A stretch of DNA of 64,000 nucleotides from Eledone cirrhosa. Its lineage: Eukaryota. The notes below the pieces were generated by a model that saw only the letters and a list, made by a program, of their open reading frames with translations, had not been told where the DNA came from and searched no databases. This document shows, piece by piece, positions 55,074-64,000 of the stretch. Within the stretch, counting starts at the first letter, position 1. Every line of letters begins with the position of its first letter. Location of the stretch: assembly GCA_964016885.1 (NCBI GenBank), contig OZ024755.1, forward strand, positions 6,138,001-6,202,000, written 5' to 3'. The translations under genes and the position numbers were made by a program.

Positions 55074-57330
55074 CCCAAAAGGGATATAATATACTACGAC
55101 TTCTATGGCAATGATGGTGATGACGGTAATGATGGTGATGGTGGTAGTGATGGTGATGATGGTAATGATGGTAATGATGGTAATGATGGTAATGATGGTA
55201 ATGATGGTAATGATAGTGATGGTGATGATGGTAATGATAGTGATGGTGATGACGGTAGTGATAGTGATGGTGGTATTGATAAAATGATCATGAGCTGCTG
55301 ATCGGAATGATAATCACTAAGCGAAATACGAGGTGCAAGGCCAATACTGATTACCAAAACTATTAAAAATGCTGACGTCACCGCCACCACCACCACCACC
55401 ACTACCACCACCACTACTACTAAAATGAAATTGCAAGGCATAGTTGTTATGGTGTTCGGTTTACGACCGTATAATATAACTGAGTTTCTTACATAATCAT
55501 ATGATAAAAGGCTTTATCCGTTGATAATGTTAAATACTTTAACACAATAAGTTGTATATTCTACAACCAGCAGCGGTATTGAAAGTGTTAAATCTCAATA
55601 TCTATAATCATCAAAATTTAGAGTGCAAAGTTAAACTTCCCTATATAGAATATTTTTCTAACGCTGTAGTCAGAATATGTAGGACAATGTCTGTAGTAAT
55701 ATTCAGAGCCCTCAAGACTTGTGCGAAGAAAAAAAGGAATGTATTTTTAGATTGGAGACATAGCCTGAATGCGTACACGCGTAAAACCCTAGGGAGCACT
55801 CGTAACCAGAAAAGTATAATAGAGAATAATTACAAAGAAATTTCCAGGTGTACGGAATGAACGAGACTCTAAACAGCGCAGTCATTGAAAAACATTAATA
55901 TTCTATTCTTAAATTTTCTACAAGCTTCGCAAAATTTCAGCACAACGTAAATATAAAACAAAAATGCAACAAATATGAACCACCACTACCATCACCATCA
56001 CCACAATAACAACAACAATAATAGATCTCTCTTAGAGATTAATCTGGCAAAAATGCTTAACAGCAAGTACTTCGTAGCTTTTTAAGTTGCTAGAAAACTC
56101 AATAAAATGAATAATAACGATATCCTGAGGTCATTTTGAAAGGAAAGAGTACAGTTTCTATTTTTAAAACAGATGTCATGCTGATAAAAAAGATTGTTTA
56201 ACACTTTACACTCTGATCAGACTGCTAAAATGTTGGTGGACCTTTACTTTGAAATTAACATATAAGCGGCTGAGCTTTCCACAGGTAGTGCTCCCTTGAT
56301 ATAAATCATTATCAAGGATGAGACTGTGTGACATGGCTGGCCTTTTGAGTTACAGGTGCTACACATTTTTGCAAGCTGAGCAGATTAGAGCAATATGAAA
56401 TAAGTGTGTAACAGGACCCACAGTTGCAGGACCTCCCCCCCCCCCCGACACTGCCGGGAATAAGTGGGTGAAAAAAAAAGAGAAAAGAGGAAGAAGCAGA
56501 AGAGGCAGTAGCAGAAGTTTCTATTTGAAGTCAGTATCAAGGGATTCTGCTGTTTGTAGCAGATCGAGCATAGCTCTGATGCTGCCTCAAGTAGCTTTAA
56601 AACATAAAACAAACAAAATACAAAAAGAATAAAAATAAAAAAAAATAAAATAAAATAAATTAAACAAAAGAGACTGATATATTTTTCGATCACATTTTCT
56701 TTCTGAATATTAACCACGTAAATGAATAGAACGAAGTATATTAACCACATAAAGGAAGAGATGTCATTTGGGAATCGGAACTGCTCGTGTTGTCGATTCA
56801 TCAAAAACTTGCAACTACATGATTGGATGCAGAAACAAACAAAAAAACAAACAAAAAAAATTCGTTCTATCGAGAGGGAACAAAGTCCATTAATGACAGT
56901 TCGTTGCAGTAACCAAATCAATATTGACATTGAAAGATTCTATCCAAAAGGGGAAACATGTTTTACCAACCACCACACCCTCCTCTCCGCCAAAAAAAGC
57001 GCAGGCTAAAAATGCAACGTAGAAAAAGAATCACAAAAAAAATCAAAAAAATAACAAAAAAAAGGTTAGTTATGAATTCATTTCTAAATATTAGTGTAGA
57101 TGGCAGAGGGAATAGACTGAGGGATGGAATGTAAATATGTTGGTTATGTAATGTGTTCTTATGTTAGGGGGTTTTACTGCTTCACTATAGTTTGTACCAT
57201 CGAACGTCGGCAAATTATGTGAAAGATACAATATTCGAGAATACATTTAATCAGATATATCTGCTAGTCTATATATATATTATATGATATATATATATAT
57301 ATATATTTATTTATTAAAATAACAGTTTAA

Positions 57331-57382
57331 AGTTTAAGCAATAAAATCACTGCTTTCACCCTTAACGGGATCTTCTGAAACT
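57331..57382 (-). ncRNA. Hammerhead motif (U4>A)
   Basis: AGTTT-CAGAAGA-tCCCgttaaGGGt-GAAAGCAGT gatttt ATTGCT-T-AAACT. All stems pair. Confidence 0.65.
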
Positions 57383-57457
57383 CTCTCTCTCTCTCTCTCT
57401 ATATATATGTGGGTTTTTTTTAAAATCCAAATTCAATAAACAGACCAGGATTTTTTT

Positions 57458-57542
57458 ATTCTGATGATTGAAAGCAACATTTTTTGCTTTTAAGTAACCA
57501 CTGGTAAATGGAATAATTGCCTTATGTTGTTTATTACATAAC
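57458..57542 (+). mobile_element. HHR element, single-arm copy of the 61151-61335 family
   Basis: ATT-CTGATGA-TTGAAAGCAA...TTGCTTTTAA-GTAAC (mutated GAAAC) CACTGGTA-AAT, with a shared tail. Confidence 0.75.
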
Positions 57543-57568
57543 TATATATATATATATATATATATATA

Positions 57569-57957
57569 CATGAATGTATGTATAGTATATTTGGCAATAT
57601 CCCGTATGTTTAATTAAAACCATTTAGAAGACAATACGCTATCAGTTTTAAAGTAGTGACTATGTCACTTACTTCTTTTCGGCAAAAGAAAGGAGAGAAG
57701 CTGACAGTCTGTTTCATACTGGTTGGTGGTCATCAGAGCCACGTACTCCCCTGATTCCGCCGAAAATTATAGAAGGTCGATTCTTACAGAATTCCAGTAA
57801 TAATCAGGAGCTGATTATACAGAGCGATTGCTGGTCCAGAAAAAAATAGGTATTAGGATTGGTGCTCTGAAATAGCGATGTATACATGAATGTATGTATA
57901 GTATATTTGGCAATATGCCGTATGTTTAAAACCATACGCTATCAGTTTTAAAGTAGT

Positions 57958-57995
<38 letters not shown>

Positions 57996-58052
57996 ACTAC
58001 TTTAAAACTGATAGCGTATGGTTTTCTAAATGGTTTTAATTAAACATACGGC

Positions 58053-58055
<3 letters not shown>
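57569..58055 (-). mobile_element. Non-autonomous PLE/retrozyme-like element: 316-nt unit in partial tandem plus inverted tail
   Basis: Direct repeat at 57569-57660 and 57885-57960, inverted copy at 57993-58055, internal HHR and TA flanks. Confidence 0.8.
57699..57740 (-). ncRNA. Type I hammerhead ribozyme motif
   Basis: GGCT-CTGATGA-(poorly paired stem II)-GAAACAG a CTGT-C-AGCT, with a GUC site. Confidence 0.72.
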
Positions 58056-58089
<34 letters not shown>

Positions 58090-58853
58090 TATACAATATC
58101 AATTAGATCCCTAGGGATTTTTGTACACATTGAAAACATGTTATGTATACATTTATATAAATCTATATATACACATGTACATGCACATATATACACGCAC
58201 TCCCATATATATATATATATATATATATATTGAGTGAGTGTTAAAGACCAAAGGTCATTATTGAAAGTTCGAACATTTTGAAAAGGTTTAAAATTATGAA
58301 TTTATAATTATGAAAGAAAAAAACTGAAAAGGTTTATCGGGGACCCTACTCCCGACCAGGATCACCCCGTCTATGATTCGTACAACTACAAAAGTATAAT
58401 GAAAATTAATAATTACAAACTGAAAGTTAAAAAGATGTGGTTTCTTTCATGGCTTTCCTAGAGCTATTAGTTATATTTAAATGATAATATTCTATATGTA
58501 GGTGGGCCCCCTTCATCTCCTGGCAACCAATATTTTTAGACCCAGTCCGCCACTGCATGTACACACACATGTATGTATGTATGTATGTATGTATGTATGT
58601 ATGTATGTATGTATGTATGTATGTATGTATGTATGTATGTATGTATGTATGTATGTATGTATGTATGTATGTGTGGTGTGTGTTTGAGTGTGTGTTTAAA
58701 TGATGCATGTTTCTACACGTGAAATGCGAAAAACATTGACATTACCGTTCCATTTGCGTTGTCGTATCTCAAGTCGATAAAAATGAATCAAGTTGAAGTT
58801 TATCAAAAACCACTTAATCGTTACATTATATTGCAACACCTCCCTCCACACAC

Positions 58854-58933
<80 letters not shown>

Positions 58934-60865
58934 ATATTACAGTTATTTCTCTGTTTGATAAGACATATTCTGTTCAGTAAACAAAACATATTCTTGATAT
59001 AAATATGGTAACATAAATGCCAAAGAAAACATGAATAATATCATACATCTGTGGATTTTAGATAAGGAGCTTCCAATTGCTATATTCAAGATACAGATTC
59101 AGATATGTTCTGTTTATTATCGGCGCGAAACGACATTGAGTAAAACAGAATAATACTTAGAGCTTACAATGGATTTACAATGGAGGAAAACATTTCCATA
59201 ATCCGTAACGGAGGTGAGAGAGGGGGGGGGGGGGATGAAGACGTAGAGAGAGGTTAAGGGTGAGGAATTTCATTTGAAAGAGAGTGATGATGATGATATT
59301 GATGATGATGTGGTAATGGTGATGTGGTGATGATGATGCTAGGGTGATAATTATGATGGCGATGATTAATACAATGTAGATGGTGATGATGATGATGATG
59401 GTGGTGATAATGATGATGATGTTGACGATGTTGGTTACCATTATGGTGGTGTCGATTATGGGTATAGTGACGATGATAATGGTGCCGATAGTGTCGATTA
59501 CGATGATGATGGTGCCGATTATGGTGCTGGTGTTGACGATGACGACAACGAGAATATTAATATTCAGGAAGAGTAATATGGGAAGGACAGCAATAATAAA
59601 GAGAATGATGATTATATTGATATTAAAACTGCTGTGGATAAGGTTTACAATTATCATGGTGGGCTTGATAAATATTACTCATGGTATTGTTGTTGTTGTT
59701 ATAAATGCTATTGACCATGAACATGGTAAATACGATATTAAAATTTATGCGTATTTAACAGAATATTGATTTTTTACGAAGTATCAGGGGAATTTTAAAA
59801 GCTAGAAAAATGTGTTTGGTTTATAAAAACTGTGACATTCTGATAAGTTATTAATAAAATTCAGGTAAATTATTTCTGCAGAAAAAGTCGACAGAGCCAC
59901 CCTTAGAAATAGCGTATTTATCGTATCCCGGACAATTTCAATAACGTTTACCCAGGGCGCTCCTGGCCACTCTTTACCATCATTTTAGTAGCTTTAAATG
60001 TTAGATTATCGACGTCGTCATGTCTACGACAAATGCGGAGTCCGATTCACGTAGACGGCTTTATCCAATTTTTTTTCTATATCCAAGTGTATTTTACCTG
60101 ATTTATGAAATATTATTTATGGTTTATCTGCATTGGGGAATCCTCCAAAACAAACATATTTCCTAATAGAAATTGATTAGTTTATGAGAAAATATCTAAA
60201 ACCTAAAACAAAACCAAATAGATAATTTATAGGAATACTGAGTAAAGGCATTAAAACAATAGGAGAGCTACTTTTCAGATAAATCCACAACAGAGATTTA
60301 ATCCACAACAGAAGGAAATATATGTTCAATGGTGCTGCTAATGCCCCTGAGAAAATATATGCTTGTAAAACAATTTCATCTACTTTACCATATTTTTCAA
60401 GACATGATCTAAGTCATAACTGAATTCTCTCAATATTTCATAATGGTAAAATGAAATGGAACAGAAGAAATTATAGCAGAAAGATTGATGATATAAAGAA
60501 GCGTGTAACTTAGGGATTAGAGCGTTGAGCTCACATTCGTAAAGTTGTGAGTTCGAATCCGGGACTGGATGGTAAGGAGCATTGGCGTTGTGTTTTTTAA
60601 CATAACACTTTATTTTCACCTTCCTCCAGTTCGCTCAGTTGTAGATATGAATTGCGACGTCACTGGTGTCAAGCTGTATCGGTCATTGTCTTTCCCTTGG
60701 ACAACATTGGTGGTGTGGAGAGAGGAGAGTCTGGTATGCATGCATGGGTGACTGTTGGTCTTTCACAAACATCCCTTGCCCAGGCTTGTGTCTCGGAGAG
60801 GAAGTAAACAGGCTCAAAACCTTGGTCATTCCCAACTGAAGGGACCCACGATACACACACAAACG

Positions 60866-61023
60866 TTGGACGCCATGCTTTCCAGCATAGTTACGTCCCT
60901 TAACGATCTGCGTTCAAATCCCGCCGAGGTTGACTTTGCCTTTCATCCTTACGGGGTCGATAAAATAAAGTACCAGTAATGCACTGGGTAATTGCTGGCC
61001 TTGTGCCTAAAGTAGAAACAATT
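60866..61023 (+). mobile_element. SINE (major family), 5'-truncated
   Basis: GGACGCCATGCTT...GTTCAAATCCCGCCGAGG...AAGTAGAAAC. Confidence 0.85.
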
Positions 61024-61077
61024 ATTACTATATATATATATATATATAAGTAGTAACGCAACAGTTAGTTCACCATA

Positions 61078-61118
61078 CCGAGAACAATTGTTTCACCTTA
61101 TGCGGATCTTCAGCTCGG
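61078..61118 (-). ncRNA. Minimal hammerhead, same family as 18781-18818
   Basis: CCGAG-CTGAAGA-tCCgcataaGGt-GAAAC AATT GT-T-CTCGG. The element spans 61048-61137. Confidence 0.78.
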
Positions 61119-61150
61119 ACTGGTCCAGTGTTCTACCTATATATATATAA

Positions 61151-61335
61151 TATTATTATTATGTAATAAACAACATAAGGCAATTATTCCATTTACCAGT
61201 GGTTTCTTAAAAGCAAAAGGTTTTGCTTTCAATCCTCAGAATGATTCTGAAGATTGAAAGCAAAACCTTTTGCTTTTAAGAAACCACTGGTAAATGGAAT
61301 AATTGCCTTATGTTGTTTATTACATAATAATAATA
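61151..61335. mobile_element. 92-bp-arm palindrome with a hammerhead on each strand
   Basis: Plus-strand HHR at 61244-61295 (CTGAAGA, long stem II, GAAACC act GGT-A). Minus-strand HHR at 61190-61243 (CTGAGGA). Confidence 0.82.
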
Positions 61336-61409
61336 ATAATTAAGCTCTGTTGCCTACATAGAGCACTCTTTTTTCCTGGACTTTTCCGACGGAATTACTT
61401 CATTCATAT

Positions 61410-61455
<46 letters not shown>

Positions 61456-62170
61456 AGAGAGAGAGACAGAGAGAGAGAGAGACAGAGACAGAGAGAGAGA
61501 GAAAGTGGTGGGGCGAGTGAGGGTGTGAAAGAGATATTGAGGAAGGATTAACTTTATCACTGGACTGCTACTTTATTTATCGGAATGGGATTTGAATTCT
61601 GAACGCCAGAGCCGGAACGAAAGTCGTTCTCACGTCTCTCCCAATTCACCATAAAACACACACACGAGGTGTTTATTATAACTTCCTAACAGTCAGAGAC
61701 TATATATTAATTTATAATTCTGCTAACGTTCCCAGTTATGCCAATTCAAAATAACTTTCCTCCTTATCGCCATATTTAACCCTTCTGTAGTTATTTCTGA
61801 TGTCGAAAAACATAGAAAATAACAAACATCTACATTTTATTACTTAAATATACAGTCAGCACCTATTTTATGTCCGTCATACTTGATAGTTATTAATATT
61901 GATTTATTTATTCCTTTTCATCAATTTCCTTATGGTCCACTCAATATATATTTGGTATATAAGCCAGTTTATTACCAATGGACAGTAAAAACATGTTTTA
62001 TATTTTGTCTTTGAACTGTCAATATAAAATTATACAGCCAACATGTACTACATTCATACATGTTTCCCTACATGGCATTTCTCATATTTGTACTTCAGGA
62101 ACCAGAAAACAGAGACACATACATATGCATGCATGCATGCATCCATGCATACATATATATATATATATAC

Positions 62171-62209
<39 letters not shown>

Positions 62210-62424
62210 CAAGTGTATAGTTTTTCCAATGTTCAAAGAGATCAAAATCCAATGACAACTCAATACAGATTTTATATACACTATATAACCGCAGAGCAAA
62301 TTATGTTACCAATTATCACGTGTAGCCAAAGAGAATATACTTACCCTCTCACAGTATATCTCTTTCTCCCACCTAGCCTTTCGCTCCAGCTCTCTCTCTC
62401 ACGCACAGGCGCTCTCTCTCTCCT

Positions 62425-62465
<41 letters not shown>

Positions 62466-63590
62466 AATATATACCTAAATATCTTTGGAAAGAATATCTT
62501 ATTTTAAGACGTGGTGCAATGGTGCAATACAGAAAGAAATGAAAACTGACATTGTGTACTTTTGGATATGAAGCAGTGACTATTTACGGTGAATACTATA
62601 TTGTATGAAGGTAATATTACCTTGATACACCTAACCCACCCCCTATCCTGCATGGTTCAGCTAGTTTCTCAATCTATTGAGGCAAAATGTGAAGTGATAT
62701 CTTAAATCTGATATAAGGCTTGGAAATCGATATCTTGAAAATAGTACGGTTTTGTTAACTGAATTCCTGCTGAGCGGTTTTTAAGTTACCTAACACGAGA
62801 GGGAGGTATTAGCACTCTGAGTAACCTCTAAATGAAAGGTGTTTCGGTGTTAGTTATATGGAGTTAAACATCTCATAAACCCCCTGGAATGTTATTGGTA
62901 GAAAAAAATAATTGTTAGATATATTTCTCTGCATTGAAAATGAGATTTTGTTCCATTCCCACGCAATTCTCTCGCCCCATCCCATTTTTTTGTTGTTATT
63001 TCCCTCTAGAGGTGTTATTGTTGATAATAATGAAGATGTTGAACTTGATGATGATAGTGATAGCGTTGGTGATGGCGGGGACGATGATGCTGAAGAAGAA
63101 GAAAAAGAAAGAAAAAAAAAGAAAAAAAAAGAAACGAAAAGAAAAAAAAGAAAAAAAAGAAAAAAGAGAAAAAAAAGAAGATAATGATGATTACCATGGT
63201 GTTGTTGTTATGAGGGTTGGTGGTCGTGGTGGGAAATAATTATAATGGTAATACTGTTACTGCCGCTGATGATAAGGTGAGGAAGTATTTAATCTTGTAT
63301 AATCTCCAAGAACATGTCAAATAAATTCACAGAGTAATGTGAGATAACATGATAAAAGGGTGTCATTCTCTTGTTATCAATTGTAGTTGGTTGCCATCCT
63401 CTCATTTATAGCGAAAGTATATTAGCCTAGATGTTAGGGTGTTCGGCTCACGATCGTAAGGTTGTGAAAGGACATTAATCTAAATGTTAGGGTGTTGGAC
63501 TTGCGAGCCTAAGGTTGCGAGTTCTATCCCTGAACCAGACGGAAAGGTCCAGTCTTAAGCACAATAATTTGTGTGTGGTGTGTGGTGTGT

Positions 63591-63649
<59 letters not shown>

Positions 63650-63653
<4 letters not shown>

Positions 63654-63830
63654 GGTAAACAGAAATAACAACATAATCGGTACAGTACATGCAAGGGATA
63701 TATTAGGTTAACGCTTGATATAGCAGGAAGAGGGTCTTAACGCTTCGGACGCTAGCCCTTCACCAGAAGGAAGAATGAGAAATAAGATAGATTGAGGGAA
63801 CGGGCGAGTTGGAATTTGAAAAAATGTCTT
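63650..63830 (-). mobile_element. Family H copy 3, core degenerate
   Basis: CTGGTGA...GAAGCGTT, otherwise collinear with 28687-28870. It abuts a (TG)n tract. Confidence 0.7.
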
Positions 63831-64000
63831 TAGATAAAAATAACAGGTATATTCATGTTGCCGTGTGTGCGTGCGCGTGTGTGCATACTTGCATATGGTT
63901 ATACAGCTATTTATATAGTATGGTGTTCATCAGCTTTAACTCAGTAGCAGTATATTTGTAGTGCTATATAGGTAAAATATTTTAAATTTCATTGTAAAGT

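Noticed and set aside
58500-58555. CAGTGGCGGACTGGG end (minus strand) of a possible hAT-like MITE
   Set aside because: No matching second terminal repeat or target duplication was found.

Overview
AT-rich, microsatellite-saturated eukaryotic DNA. The SINE types and the extreme (TA)n/(CA)n load suggest a cephalopod (octopus-like) genome, which is an inference. The only host protein-coding sequence I can support is two minus-strand exons of a tetraspanin (25652-25717, 14912-15106). Almost all ORFs in the supplied track are microsatellite artefacts. The window also holds many tRNA-derived SINEs, an internally deleted Helitron, an RTE-type LINE 3' fragment and a Tc1/mariner-type MITE. The main signal is a set of short non-coding modules inserted into (TA)n tracts. 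Read by eye, about 15 of them, from roughly 10 unrelated sequence families, carry type I hammerhead ribozyme (HHR) motifs: CUGANGA, stem II, GAAA, a palindromic or near-palindromic stem III, NUH and a closing stem I. They show the inverted-arm and partial-tandem architecture of Penelope-like elements (PLEs) and retrozymes. Two give clear unit lengths (591 and 316 nt). One has a compensated U3-A8 catalytic core. Fold-back axes recur at ribozyme stem I or stem II, and several families share an 11-nt 3' motif (GTATTGAGTAC). All structures were folded by hand. No searches or cleavage assays were run, and repeat boundaries are approximate.
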